From a virus, in IMG/VR virus record IMGVR_UViG_3300045738_001212, positions 1-64,000 of that record: a stretch of DNA of 64,000 bases. One strand, 5' to 3'. Positions 13,911 to 27,449 of the stretch are shown here, in pieces. A model generated the notes under the pieces. That model ran no database searches. It was not told the origin of the DNA and saw only the letters and a list, made by a program, of their open reading frames with translations. Position 1 is the first letter of the stretch. The number at the start of each line of letters is the position of its first letter. A program made the position numbers and the translations under genes.

Positions 13911-15953
13911 TTACTCCTTAATAATTGATTTTGACATATGCAAGATACTTGCGGCTTCAAGGTCCACATCGTGTTCGCAAGCTATGCTTTCTATTTCCTT
14001 AACTCTTTCTTTGTTTTTGTCTGTGGGGTCATCGCAATAATCTTTAGCTTTCTTGACCCAGTTTTTCGGTTTCTCGTTAGCCATTACGATATGGCTGATT
14101 TGTAGGGCTACTTCCTTTTGTTGTTTTGTTAATCTTTTAACGTCGTGCTTTTCTCTTAACACTTTTGAAACTTCTATTTCTAAATTCTGAGCCAAGACAT
14201 ACCCCTCTTTCACCTTTGACATGCAGTAACCTTCCTTACCTCCGATAGGTGTCATTTTTCTATCCGACTTGTAAGGAGCATTTTTCGTGCTGGATGGTCT
14301 TCCTGCTGGCTTGTTTACTTTTTGTCCACTAGGAGGAGGGGGTCCGGCTGGCCCTTGTGGTGCCTTAAGTTTTTCTCGTCCCATTTTTTCTTGAGACTTG
14401 AGGTTTTTATCCTGTAGGTCTTTTTGAACTTCTCCTTGTTTGTCTGCAAGTTCTTTCTGGGTTTCAGGTCCACCAGTGACAGGCTCGTAAAGACCCTTGT
14501 CTCTAAGTTTTTTAAATTCTTTTTGGGATTCTATAGACTCTTCATTAGTTGGTAGACGGTTGGTCTCAAGAGCCTTGATTGCCTCTTCTGGGGTTAAGAC
14601 CCCCAACTCAACGAGCCTTGTGTATATTCTTGAGGTCTCAGAATCAGTTTTTAACTCGAAGTCCTCGAAGTAAGGCACGGGAAAGTTTTTTAAACTGAGG
14701 CTTCTTGCTATGCGCTTGATTTCGGGTAACAAGAACTGATTAATAAAAGCTTGCCTACCTTGAGCTAGTCGAGAAATAAACACATCAACCTTGGCTGACT
14801 GATTTGCAAATTTTTCCCCTCCGACAAAGATATTGTTTAATCCAATATTAATATCACGATCAATGACTTCGTACTTTTTGGAATCCAATAGTGCTCCTAT
14901 TTGAGGAACAACAAATTCAGCCTTGGTGGTGTAGTCGGCAATCAGGACTCTACCCACGGACTCGTTTGAAAACAAATCCTGCATCTTTTTCAAGTTCTCG
15001 TGGTTTATTCCACCCTTCTCGGGCTCAGTGCCCATCGTGACGAGAAGAATCGCTTGTTGCATCGTTCTTGCAATCGCCATGTCCATTTTTTTCATCTCGT
15101 GTTTGAAGTTGATATCTTCAAGTACGGGATATCCCATTGGTACAGCGAACGGCTCGTAATCTTGCTTCTTGTAAAAAACCGCCGCGAGTTTCTTTGACTC
15201 TAGGGGGATGCTAAGGGAAACAGTTGAAGTTTTTCTCTTTAACAGTTTTTTCGATTCTTCATCTAGCGCATTGTAAACTTCCAAGTCCTCATCCGTCTTA
15301 GGGTTTCTAACTCTTTCAAGTTCGTAATCAGTAAGAACCTTGTAGTACTTTGCTTCTGAAAAATTTAAATTGCCGTGCATCTGAATGTCGGCAGGATTCA
15401 TAATTATGTAACGAGAAGGGATTGTCATTTCTTCCACTTCCATTTTTGGGAGATCGTCTTTCCCAAACGTTTGGGTAATTTTCTTTACGTCGTTCGGGGA
15501 AATCTTTGAATCATACCTATAGACAAAAACGTTTCCGCTCCGATAATACTCCCTGAAAAATCTATCCATCAAATCCCAAATATTAATTTTCTTAAAGTAA
15601 GCACTGAAGAAGTCTCTGGATTTTTTTGACCCTCCACGAAAGTATACGTTATTGACGGAGAACTCCGTCATGGTATCTATGATGTTCCTGAAGATAGCAA
15701 AATTATAATAACACTTTTGGCACAAGACGACAGCTTCCCTAATGGAAATGCTTGATTTCCCATACCCCTTGGTCGTCTTAAAGGGAACTAGCCCGTCGTC
15801 GATATTTTTAAATCTATCCGTTCTTTCTATGACCCCGGCGAGATTCCTTCTGGACGTGGTGACATTAGCGGAACCATACGCCATGAGAGGCTCTGATGGC
15901 AGAGCTTTTTTAGTCCCCCTTCTCGTCGTCGTCTTTTTCTTTTGTGCGGCCAT
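13911..15953 (-). CDS. probable portal protein
   Basis: 680 aa, near terminase; FRNIID..TEF, FREYYRSGNVF, NPADI segments resemble large-phage portals. Confidence 0.65.
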   Translation of the reverse strand: MAAQKKKTTTRRGTKKALPSEPLMAYGSANVTTSRRNLAGVIERTDRFKNIDDGLVPFKTTKGYGKSSISIREAVVLCQKCYYNFAIFRNIIDTMTEFSVNNVYFRGGSKKSRDFFSAYFKKINIWDLMDRFFREYYRSGNVFVYRYDSKISPNDVKKITQTFGKDDLPKMEVEEMTIPSRYIIMNPADIQMHGNLNFSEAKYYKVLTDYELERVRNPKTDEDLEVYNALDEESKKLLKRKTSTVSLSIPLESKKLAAVFYKKQDYEPFAVPMGYPVLEDINFKHEMKKMDMAIARTMQQAILLVTMGTEPEKGGINHENLKKMQDLFSNESVGRVLIADYTTKAEFVVPQIGALLDSKKYEVIDRDINIGLNNIFVGGEKFANQSAKVDVFISRLAQGRQAFINQFLLPEIKRIARSLSLKNFPVPYFEDFELKTDSETSRIYTRLVELGVLTPEEAIKALETNRLPTNEESIESQKEFKKLRDKGLYEPVTGGPETQKELADKQGEVQKDLQDKNLKSQEKMGREKLKAPQGPAGPPPPSGQKVNKPAGRPSSTKNAPYKSDRKMTPIGGKEGYCMSKVKEGYVLAQNLEIEVSKVLREKHDVKRLTKQQKEVALQISHIVMANEKPKNWVKKAKDYCDDPTDKNKERVKEIESIACEHDVDLEAASILHMSKSIIKE

Positions 15954-15959
15954 GATTTT

Positions 15960-19136
<3,177 letters not shown>

Positions 19137-19208
19137 GTCCTTCTACTTGTATTTTAATTTAAATTTGTTTTAAATTACACTTTTTATTTTAAAATGCGAC
19201 TAAATAAT

Positions 19209-21044
19209 TCAATTAATCATTATTGGGGTAAAGGTGCTACTCTCTGATTCTCCCCGTTTTGACATCATATCGAAGTAAAGTTTCGTTGACCAAGTTCCCA
19301 GCATTAGCGTCGTATAATTATCTTTTCTTGCCCTTGTGGACGACGTGCTTTTCTTTAAATGTAACGGTAAATCAAAGGTTTGATTGCCTCTAGCGGTAGT
19401 TTTGACCTCTACCAAGGCACATTGCCTTTTCGTCTGATACATTAGGTCATCCTGTGTTTCCGCTAGTTCTAGGAGGGTTTCAGCGTTTAGCAAATTGGTG
19501 TCTACATAGGTACTTATGGCTTTATCGAAAGCTTGTCCGTGAGCCGTGACCCTTGAAGCGAACCAGACCCTCTTATAGTCGATACACGCCTTTAAGTGTT
19601 CGTTTGCTTTCCTGATGAAATTACTTGTGAAGACCTGTTTGATGCACTTTTTCCCTGATTCTCTGTTGTATTGATATCTAGCCTTTCGGAGGGCTTGTTC
19701 GTAGTCTAGTCCTTCTGCGTCTGAATCGAAATCAAAAAACTCTAATTTAATTTTATCCTTTTTAAAATATTTACTTTCATTAGCACTGTCAATAAATTGA
19801 TAACCAGCGTTGTCTATCATTATTAATTCGAAATTAAAAAATTTATTTAAATAATAAAAATATTTGATATGATCCTTTAAATGTCCTCCCGCTACCGCGT
19901 ATCCATGAACCAAGGTGCATTGCTGTTTTTCTTCATCAAGTTCCATGACTGACATAGCAAAGTAGTCAGAGCTTGGGCTATCGCTAAACGAAGGATCAAT
20001 CGCTAAGACGTATTTTAAACCTCTCCTGCCACTGATCCTAGTCGTAGGCTCCTCGCCATCAGGGATGGTGCATTCGTGCATTTTCTTTGCGCTATAATAG
20101 CTATCGCTTCCATCAGTGAAAAGAGCGCAATACTCCCTCTGAAAACTTGAATGACTTTGCCCACCCTCTTGGGCCTCTTCGATAATTGTTCTATCAATCA
20201 TATGCTTGGGCAACGCTTCGTAACCCATTTGAGAAATAAAATAAGTAGCCCCTGCTTTCCCTATTTTTTCTCCGTAAATTTTATCCATCCACTCTTTGTA
20301 GGTTTTAAACAAGTTTTCGAAGGTGTAACTAGCAGAAGAAAGAGCTATCAATTTACTGTCGTTCTCGAAGACCATTCTGTCTTCTTCCCTCATGTCTCCT
20401 CTGTCGATGAGCTTGTCTTCTATCTCTCTAATCTCCAGCCTCTCCTTGATGTTTTGAGGAGCAACCAAGAACGGCATAAGGACAGTCTTAATTATCTCCT
20501 CTGGAAGCAGTAAGTACTCGTCCAATACAAGAACGTTGGCGCGAAAACCCCTAATCTTTTCACCACTAAGCGGAATGGCCGTAATGGACCCACCGTTGAT
20601 AAGCCATTCATACTGGTCGTTACGTTTGGATTTCGCGCCAAAAGCTTGCATGAGAAGTTCCGCGCCTCTACTGTCATAAATTTTTTCAATATTATTAAAT
20701 ATAAAACGAGCGGTACGGAACGTCGGGCCAGCAACTAAGATTTTTGTGTTGGGTTCGAAAATAGTTTGTAAAATAGAAAAGACAGAAGCGATAAAAGTCT
20801 TACCACAACCACGTCCCCATACGCACATGCTGAAATTTCTATTGAATAAGGCTTTCAAGGTGACTTCTTGGTATGGAGCCAACTTAATCCCGGTGAGAAG
20901 CTCGGTAGTAAAATAAACATTCTTCCTCAAAAATTTAGCCAAGCTAATTTTCGCCTCATTATCTTCTAGTTGCCCCTTCAACTTTAGGAGTTCCTCGTTA
21001 AAGTCCGGGATCGTTTTCTCGTATTTTTTGGGGCAATACCACAT
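19209..21044 (-). CDS. terL: terminase large subunit
   Basis: adenine-binding PYQ, Walker A GRGCGKT, IRGFR, Walker B VLVLDE, RNase H-like LAIDPS and KDNY. Confidence 0.9.
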   Translation of the reverse strand: MWYCPKKYEKTIPDFNEELLKLKGQLEDNEAKISLAKFLRKNVYFTTELLTGIKLAPYQEVTLKALFNRNFSMCVWGRGCGKTFIASVFSILQTIFEPNTKILVAGPTFRTARFIFNNIEKIYDSRGAELLMQAFGAKSKRNDQYEWLINGGSITAIPLSGEKIRGFRANVLVLDEYLLLPEEIIKTVLMPFLVAPQNIKERLEIREIEDKLIDRGDMREEDRMVFENDSKLIALSSASYTFENLFKTYKEWMDKIYGEKIGKAGATYFISQMGYEALPKHMIDRTIIEEAQEGGQSHSSFQREYCALFTDGSDSYYSAKKMHECTIPDGEEPTTRISGRRGLKYVLAIDPSFSDSPSSDYFAMSVMELDEEKQQCTLVHGYAVAGGHLKDHIKYFYYLNKFFNFELIMIDNAGYQFIDSANESKYFKKDKIKLEFFDFDSDAEGLDYEQALRKARYQYNRESGKKCIKQVFTSNFIRKANEHLKACIDYKRVWFASRVTAHGQAFDKAISTYVDTNLLNAETLLELAETQDDLMYQTKRQCALVEVKTTARGNQTFDLPLHLKKSTSSTRARKDNYTTLMLGTWSTKLYFDMMSKRGESESSTFTPIMIN

Positions 21045-21045
21045 G

Positions 21046-21987
21046 CTAAAGTTTCTTTAAGTCGTAAGCTAACTGAAGGTCAATCTTCTCGTGGAGACAA
21101 CCAGAGAAAAAAATCTTCTTAATTATTCTAGATGATTCTTCTCGGTTTTTAACAAATAAAAATTGAACATGAGGATACTTCTGGATAAGAGACCTTACGT
21201 TACGAAAGATAAATTCAGGAGTAACTCGTATCTTTTTTGATATGTAAGGAAGATACTTAAACGAAAGAGCGTTGCTCAACGTGTCTTCTACCAAAACAAC
21301 CAAGTAGATTTCCTCTTCTTTGGCTCTTTGAATTTCCCTTTCGAACCTGTCGAAATTTTTAACGCTCAAAGTAGAAATAAAATCGGATAAAGATTTTCTT
21401 TCTATATGGCAATTGCAAGTAACGCTAGGGTCACTCAGTGCGTAGTCTCCAGCCTTTAACGTTTTGGGCTCGCTAGGCCAATCAAAATCCAAGGGAAGCT
21501 GTTCTCTGGTATCGATATAAATTACGTAGTCATCCTTGTTGTAAGCAGCCCCCGTCATAATTTCTCCAAATTTATTATGCTTACTCTTCAGGCCCAGCTT
21601 TTCACATAGCTCATAGTAATCTCCAAACAATGAATCATAATAATAAACAGGCGGGAACATGAGTGTCCTCAGTTCGACCTGTGATGGAGCGTAAACGAGC
21701 TTCTTAGCGACTTTTCTGGCCTTGAGGAGGTTTATACTGTACTTTTTCGCATCGTCCTCTGGAGCCTCCTTGAGCCACATTTTCAAGTTTGTACGAGAAT
21801 TAAAATCAGTAGCAAAATACTGTTCCTTATTTTTAAATTTTATGAACTTACCATCGTAGAGGTCATGCCTTGGGTGGTATTGCTGATAGTATTCAGCTAT
21901 GCGAAGACTGTGAGCCTTCAGGTGTCTGTGAAGGCTCTTGCTGTCTTGGAATTCTTTTTCACAGACCTTACAAGAAACACTATCCAT
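21046..21987 (-). CDS. ERCC4/XPF-family nuclease with N-terminal C2H2 zinc finger
   Basis: CKVC...HLKAH; IDTREQ, GDY, IERKSLSDF motifs. Confidence 0.85.
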   Translation of the reverse strand: MDSVSCKVCEKEFQDSKSLHRHLKAHSLRIAEYYQQYHPRHDLYDGKFIKFKNKEQYFATDFNSRTNLKMWLKEAPEDDAKKYSINLLKARKVAKKLVYAPSQVELRTLMFPPVYYYDSLFGDYYELCEKLGLKSKHNKFGEIMTGAAYNKDDYVIYIDTREQLPLDFDWPSEPKTLKAGDYALSDPSVTCNCHIERKSLSDFISTLSVKNFDRFEREIQRAKEEEIYLVVLVEDTLSNALSFKYLPYISKKIRVTPEFIFRNVRSLIQKYPHVQFLFVKNREESSRIIKKIFFSGCLHEKIDLQLAYDLKKL

Positions 21988-23095
21988 TTAAAGCCTCGTC
22001 CTTACTCAGTCCTAAAATGCGACTTTTCAATTCATCCATTGAGGTTAGGTTGTCAACCTCTTTCTCTAGAGAAGCTTTTTGTAACTGAGCTAACTTAATC
22101 ATCTTATTCCTAGACTCTTCATCTTTCCAAGCTTCTACTAAATTAAGGATACTTGCGCTCGCGTTAATTTTTTTAGCTAACTTGTCGCTACGTTTTTGCT
22201 TAAGGTCTCCTAATAGCTTATGCTGCCTATTGACGCATTGGTTGTATTCGTTTTGGGCGGTATTGATAGCTTCGACCAAGGACATGGAAATACGTGCGCC
22301 TTCAGGGTTATTCGCAACATCGTCTAGGAGCCTTTGCAGATGTTCTACTCGGCGTTGGATATTAGCTGAAATGACAACCTCTCCAGATAGGACAATATAT
22401 TGATCTATCTCTTCTTGAGCTAGGTCGCTTTTGTTGTAGGTGTAACGGACGAAAGAACTCTCAAATAATTCGCGACTAACCTCGTCATCATAACTGTTGA
22501 TTTGATGATTGAACCTAAACACAGACAGATAACTAATCAGGCAGTTTACTTCGTTCTTTTGTTTGGTTGTGATTTTACTTTTGTCTACGCCGTTGAGTAC
22601 GTACTTGTTGATTCTATACAGGGTTTTGTCGAAGGTCTTAGGCGGTTTATAATCCTCTTGAACAACCCCTTGTTCTTCGTTGTAAGAAGCGTCACTAAAA
22701 TCCAATGTTTTAATGTAGTCGTTAATAGTTCTAGCTTCTTGGCTTACGTGAGATAAGGACGGGTCATCAAAAATGATCCTAGCTATCTCAAAGCCTTTCA
22801 TCATCATTGCGTTATTTTCGATGTACTCTTTGTGATCGTCCGTCAGTTCCAGTTTCTTTTTGGGGACGTAATCATGAAGGCTTCGTGGGACTATATCTCT
22901 AGAAGATAAAAAAGCTCTAACCGCTCTCCCTTCTTTCGTTCGGCCATCTGCATTTTTAATGTCAGGGAAAGCTGCTCTAATTAATTCGTTCAGTGATGGG
23001 GGGTTCTTAGAGCCCTCTTGATTCCATGTGTCTAAAATCAAAGACTGCTGCTCGGGAGTAATCACTACGCCCTTATGCTCGAAAGGTTCTTTCAT
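21980..23095 (-). CDS. coiled-coil protein, candidate terminase small subunit/packaging accessory
   Basis: position upstream of nuclease-terminase; HTH-like N-terminus and helical C-terminus. Confidence 0.4.
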   Translation of the reverse strand: MKEPFEHKGVVITPEQQSLILDTWNQEGSKNPPSLNELIRAAFPDIKNADGRTKEGRAVRAFLSSRDIVPRSLHDYVPKKKLELTDDHKEYIENNAMMMKGFEIARIIFDDPSLSHVSQEARTINDYIKTLDFSDASYNEEQGVVQEDYKPPKTFDKTLYRINKYVLNGVDKSKITTKQKNEVNCLISYLSVFRFNHQINSYDDEVSRELFESSFVRYTYNKSDLAQEEIDQYIVLSGEVVISANIQRRVEHLQRLLDDVANNPEGARISMSLVEAINTAQNEYNQCVNRQHKLLGDLKQKRSDKLAKKINASASILNLVEAWKDEESRNKMIKLAQLQKASLEKEVDNLTSMDELKSRILGLSKDEALNG

Positions 23096-23096
23096 C

Positions 23097-23783
23097 TTAA
23101 AGAAATTCTATATCGCCCTTTTCTATTAATTTCTTAATCTTTTTAACGATGGTTTTTTTAATGTTCTGAATTTGTTTGTATCCCGGACTTCTTTTTTTCT
23201 CAGACGTTTTAAAACCTAATTTCTTCGCTACGGTAAGTTCGTTCTCTTTTTCTATAAATAGGGACTCATAAACCAATAATTCAGTTGGCTTTAGTATTTC
23301 CTTCATCTTCTCCGTAAGTTGTTCTATTTTCGCATCGTAGTCAATGTAATCATCGAATATGGTGTTGACCTCTTGGTGGTGGTTCTCTAAAGAGAGGGGC
23401 ATCTTCAAGTTGTAGGCATTCTGTTTTCTTTTTTCCCAATGAGCATACAAAGGGCATTCGTTACATTGAGTGGTGTAAATGCGGCATCCACCATCTCCTT
23501 CCTCCGCTGCACATCGTAAACAGGGACGAGTGTAGTTGGTGTAGTTATTGCGAATTATGTTTTTAAGCTGATTCGATATGACTCTATTCAGCCAAGGCTG
23601 GATCGGTTTGTCGGAGTCATACTTCTCCCATTTTTCATATATATGGATACGAATGATTTGAGCTACATCTTCAAAGTCAATCCAAGATAGAGAAGTTAGA
23701 TTCCATTTCCCTCTTCTCTTGGCGATCTCTTGATCGATGATCCCAATGCAGTCTTCGAAACTAGGTTTTTTCTTCTTTGCCAA
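23097..23783 (-). CDS. phage RNA polymerase sigma-70-like factor with Cys-rich insert
   Basis: region-2-like DFEDVAQ...KWEKYD...WLNRVISNQLKN; region-4-like VAKKLG. Confidence 0.7.
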   Translation of the reverse strand: MAKKKKPSFEDCIGIIDQEIAKRRGKWNLTSLSWIDFEDVAQIIRIHIYEKWEKYDSDKPIQPWLNRVISNQLKNIIRNNYTNYTRPCLRCAAEEGDGGCRIYTTQCNECPLYAHWEKRKQNAYNLKMPLSLENHHQEVNTIFDDYIDYDAKIEQLTEKMKEILKPTELLVYESLFIEKENELTVAKKLGFKTSEKKRSPGYKQIQNIKKTIVKKIKKLIEKGDIEFL

Positions 23784-24129
23784 CTGACTGGCCTCCTCTA
23801 ATAGGGCCAGCTTCTTTACGGAATTGTTCCATAAACGTTTCTTCGTCTATTGTAGGACCACCTCGCATTGTTTCTAATCCGCCAGAAACTGGTCCTTGTT
23901 GAATTAAGCCCCCTACTGTCTCACTAAAGGAGGGGGTATCCATAATTTCGACATCCAGCTTGGTAGCTTGGATATCGGTGATTTCTTCTGCTTCCTCTTC
24001 CTCTTCTTCTCTTTTAGGCAAAGTAGTTTTCTTGACATTTGAGGCTAAAGTCGTAGCATCCCCACAGTGACAACAGAACTTGGAACCGATAGGATTAGCT
24101 TTTCCACAACTGGGGCAGTACTTTTTCAC
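23761..24129 (-). CDS. zinc-ribbon protein
   Basis: YCPSCG...FCCHCG. Confidence 0.75.
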   Translation of the reverse strand: MKKYCPSCGKANPIGSKFCCHCGDATTLASNVKKTTLPKREEEEEEAEEITDIQATKLDVEIMDTPSFSETVGGLIQQGPVSGGLETMRGGPTIDEETFMEQFRKEAGPIRGGQSVGKEEKT

Positions 24130-24176
24130 GTTAACTATTATACATTTTTTTAGATAAAAAGGCCAACATTTTTAAG

Positions 24177-24377
24177 GTGGAGATGAAAAAGAAGATAAGA
24201 GCCATTGTCCTAGACGATTTCGACAAGGTGCTGAACGTGTCCTTTAAGTATTGCAAATTTGAGGAAAACGAGAGGGTTCGAGATTCGGCTAGAAAAATTA
24301 ACGATATAGCTTACGGCACCATTAAATACATAGACAGGTACGTGAAAAAATCCAAAAAGAAAAAAAAGAAGAAGTGA
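24177..24377 (+). CDS. small basic hypothetical protein
   Basis: GTGA overlap with next gene. Confidence 0.55.
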   Translation: MEMKKKIRAIVLDDFDKVLNVSFKYCKFEENERVRDSARKINDIAYGTIKYIDRYVKKSKKKKKKK

Positions 24378-25264
24378 GAAGCATCGCCATACAAAGACCG
24401 GGAGCAATCGGAGACGTACTGATGATCATGAATTGTCTTCCCAAATTAAGAGAGCAATTCGATAGTATTGATTTTTTTTGTCACGAGTCGATTGCGGATG
24501 TCTTACATAACTTTTGTACAACTAGTGGATTGGTAGACGGAATGGGATCGATGGGGTGCTTCTTTGGCCGAGAATCGAGTTATGACAAAATTGTCAATTG
24601 TGTAGGATACCCACTTCGCGAAGGCTACCCCAACGTGAAAATGAAAAAACACCTAGTTTCTTATTTCTCTGACGAGCTAGGGGTGAGTGATTCATTTGAT
24701 AGCGTATCGTTACCTCCGTGCGCTGTCCCAGACAAGATAACGAAAACCCCTTACGTAACCATACAAAATAAAACGGGCTGGTCCGCGTATAAAGAATGGT
24801 GGGGGTGGCAACAACTCGTAGACAAACTAAAAAACGAAAGATCGGACGTGGGCATCTATCAAATCGGCGGGCCTAATGATCCGAGTCTAGAGAACATAGA
24901 TGATTCATTTCTTGGAGACTCGTTCGACGATAACCTAGCGGCGCAAGCTTGGGCGAAAACTCATGTCGGTCTCGATTCCGTATTTAATCATACGTCTAAT
25001 TATCAATGGCGGGATTCAGGAAAAAAGAATTGTGTTATCTTATGGGGATCAACTCAATATAATGCGTCAGGATATAGGCATAACACAAATATTTCCTTGA
25101 ATCTACCGTGCCAGCCCTGCTTCAGAGAAGACCCAGACATCTCCAAGATGTCTAGGGGTGTATGCCCGAACCCCCCAAACCAGACATATCAAAACCCAAA
25201 ACATGAATGCATGGCAGGGATAACGGTAGACACAGTTTACGATGCGGTAACTAACTTGCTATGA
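24374..25264 (+). CDS. glycosyltransferase family 9 (heptosyltransferase-like)
   Basis: RPGAIGDVL, YKEW, VGLDS...H, LWGST, CQPC/CMAGI motifs. Confidence 0.85.
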   Translation: MRSIAIQRPGAIGDVLMIMNCLPKLREQFDSIDFFCHESIADVLHNFCTTSGLVDGMGSMGCFFGRESSYDKIVNCVGYPLREGYPNVKMKKHLVSYFSDELGVSDSFDSVSLPPCAVPDKITKTPYVTIQNKTGWSAYKEWWGWQQLVDKLKNERSDVGIYQIGGPNDPSLENIDDSFLGDSFDDNLAAQAWAKTHVGLDSVFNHTSNYQWRDSGKKNCVILWGSTQYNASGYRHNTNISLNLPCQPCFREDPDISKMSRGVCPNPPNQTYQNPKHECMAGITVDTVYDAVTNLL

Positions 25265-26406
25265 AGAAGATAACCCTATGCATGATCGTCAAGGATGAGG
25301 CTCACATCATAAAAAGATGTCTTGATAGCGTTAAAGACCTAGTGGACGAGGCCGTGATCATTGACACGGGGAGTTCGGACAACACAATAAAAGTAATAAA
25401 CGATTTCCTGAAAAACGAGAATTTGCCGGGGAAAGTCATCAAGGAGCCGTGGCAAGATTTCGCATACAATAGAACCTTCGCTCTAAAAGAGGCAAAAAAA
25501 ACTAATTGTGATTATTCTCTAATGATTGATGCCGATGAGGTGCTTAACTTTAGTGACGGCTTCTCCCCCCGGAAGTTTAAAGAATCCCTGAAGGAAGATT
25601 GCTACAATGTGCCAACGAAGACATCCAGTTCATTCTATTTCCGCCCGACGCTAACATCCAACAATAAGAAATTCATATACAAGGCACCTGTACATGAGTT
25701 CCTTGAAGCTCCTAATGATTGCTCTCGCGGCGTGGTAGACCATGAAACTGAATTTTTCAATACGCCAATTCAAGACAGCACAAGAAATAAAGACCCCCGC
25801 AAATATGAGAAGGATGTCGAGGTATTAACGAAAGCCTTGAGTGAAGAGACAGATGCCTTTCTTAAGTCGAGATATACGTTCTACCTTGCTCAGAGCCATA
25901 GGGACGCCGACCAACCAGAAAAAGCCCTAGAGCACTATCTGGAGCGCGGTAAAATGGGCTTCTGGGAAGAAGAGTGCTACATGTCCTACTATAAAGCTGG
26001 ACAACTCAGGGAACAACTAGGCCACCCGGAAGACTCCATACTGAACACCCTGCTGAAAGCCCAAGAACATAATGGTGACCGAATGGAAGCTCTTCATTGC
26101 GCTGTAAAATACTGTAGGACACACAACAGAAATCAACTCGGCTATATTTTGGGCAAGGAAGGAGTAAATAAAAAGTTTCAAGATCATTTTTTGTTTGCAG
26201 AATTGTGGATATATGATTATGCCATGCTAGACGAATTCTCCATTGTGGCTTATTGGGCAGGGCAATACAAAGAGGCTTATCGTTATTGCGAAGCACTACT
26301 TAAAAATTCCAAATTCCCGAAGAACCAGTTGCCGCGATTAAATGAAAACCTTAATTTTGCAAAAGAAAAGCTATATTCTGGTTATTCCTCACAAAAAAAA
26401 CTATAA
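25261..26406 (+). CDS. glycosyltransferase family 2 with TPR repeats
   Basis: LCMIVKDE, IDTGSSD, DFAYNR, IDADE, VHE, FYLAQS TPR helices. Confidence 0.9.
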   Translation: MKKITLCMIVKDEAHIIKRCLDSVKDLVDEAVIIDTGSSDNTIKVINDFLKNENLPGKVIKEPWQDFAYNRTFALKEAKKTNCDYSLMIDADEVLNFSDGFSPRKFKESLKEDCYNVPTKTSSSFYFRPTLTSNNKKFIYKAPVHEFLEAPNDCSRGVVDHETEFFNTPIQDSTRNKDPRKYEKDVEVLTKALSEETDAFLKSRYTFYLAQSHRDADQPEKALEHYLERGKMGFWEEECYMSYYKAGQLREQLGHPEDSILNTLLKAQEHNGDRMEALHCAVKYCRTHNRNQLGYILGKEGVNKKFQDHFLFAELWIYDYAMLDEFSIVAYWAGQYKEAYRYCEALLKNSKFPKNQLPRLNENLNFAKEKLYSGYSSQKKL

Positions 26407-26412
26407 TAAATC

Positions 26413-26877
26413 ATGCCTCAAATGAAATTATTCGGATCACTCAGCAGAGAAGAAAAAATGGTCTTCTTTCAAAGATGCCAAGACCTTCTAGTTAAAAACC
26501 AACCGGACAGTCCCTACGTGTTAAGGGCTAATGCTCAACGCAAAAGTTTCTTTTTAGATATGTTTTTGAAATATCAGGGTCTTGCTTATGAATCGGACAA
26601 TGTAGCTGTCTTGTTCAACAAGCATAGTTGCCCCGGTGGTATTGATGAAATCCATAACAGATATAGAGAACAATTATTTTCCCCGCCAGATTCGAATCCA
26701 AACTGTTATTCCATTGACTTTATTACCACCAAGATGAACAGTGCGCTGCTTAAGGAATTGAGCCCGCATTTCAACGACGAAGGGATAAAGTACATTTCAT
26801 TCTTGAGGGGCACGAAACTTAGCGTATTCGATTTTCAACGATTCAAGGAGTCCTTGTACGAAAAGTTCCGAGTGTAA
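26413..26877 (+). CDS. hypothetical protein
   Basis: 154-aa ORF continuing the plus-strand island. Confidence 0.65.
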   Translation: MPQMKLFGSLSREEKMVFFQRCQDLLVKNQPDSPYVLRANAQRKSFFLDMFLKYQGLAYESDNVAVLFNKHSCPGGIDEIHNRYREQLFSPPDSNPNCYSIDFITTKMNSALLKELSPHFNDEGIKYISFLRGTKLSVFDFQRFKESLYEKFRV

Positions 26878-26883
26878 CGTCGA

Positions 26884-27448
26884 TTATTCTTCAAGTACAC
26901 TTTCGACCTCATCAAAGTCCAAGAATCCCTCTTCCTTTAGGTAGATCGATATGTTTGCTGCTTTAGCAAAGTCCTTACTGGAATCGTCCTGCCTATTCGG
27001 AAAGACTAGTTCTTTCTTGTAGTAATCGATGATTACGTCTTCTCCATGCACGGTCATTGATAGAAACATTTTCTTCATTACTAAAACTATAGCAGATATC
27101 TGCTTTGAAGTCAAGTATCTATTGACCTTGAACAACTTCTAAAAGTTGCAAATTTTGTCGCTCCAGACTCCTGTTCTCCATGTACCAAAAAACATTTAAA
27201 GCTAAACTCATACCTAGTGCCGCCGACAAGAGGTACAGCGTTGCTGTTTTGCAAAATTCTTTAATTGATCCTAACGGGAAAGCTCCACAGTTCATTTTTT
27301 TAATCCTTTTCTGGGGTTTTGGTGTGATTTTCTGTTTTTTCTTCTTTTTCGGATGCCAATCTCCGTCATGGTACTCGTAGTCACTCGCATCTTCACGAGC
27401 GTTAAGCTGCCATTTGCCATTTACGTAAACCGCTTTGTCTTGCTTCAT
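26884..27448 (-). other. two small hypothetical genes (26884-27135; 27119-27448 with one TM helix)
   Basis: ORF track, co-oriented with phoH. Confidence 0.55.
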
Positions 27449-27449
27449 T

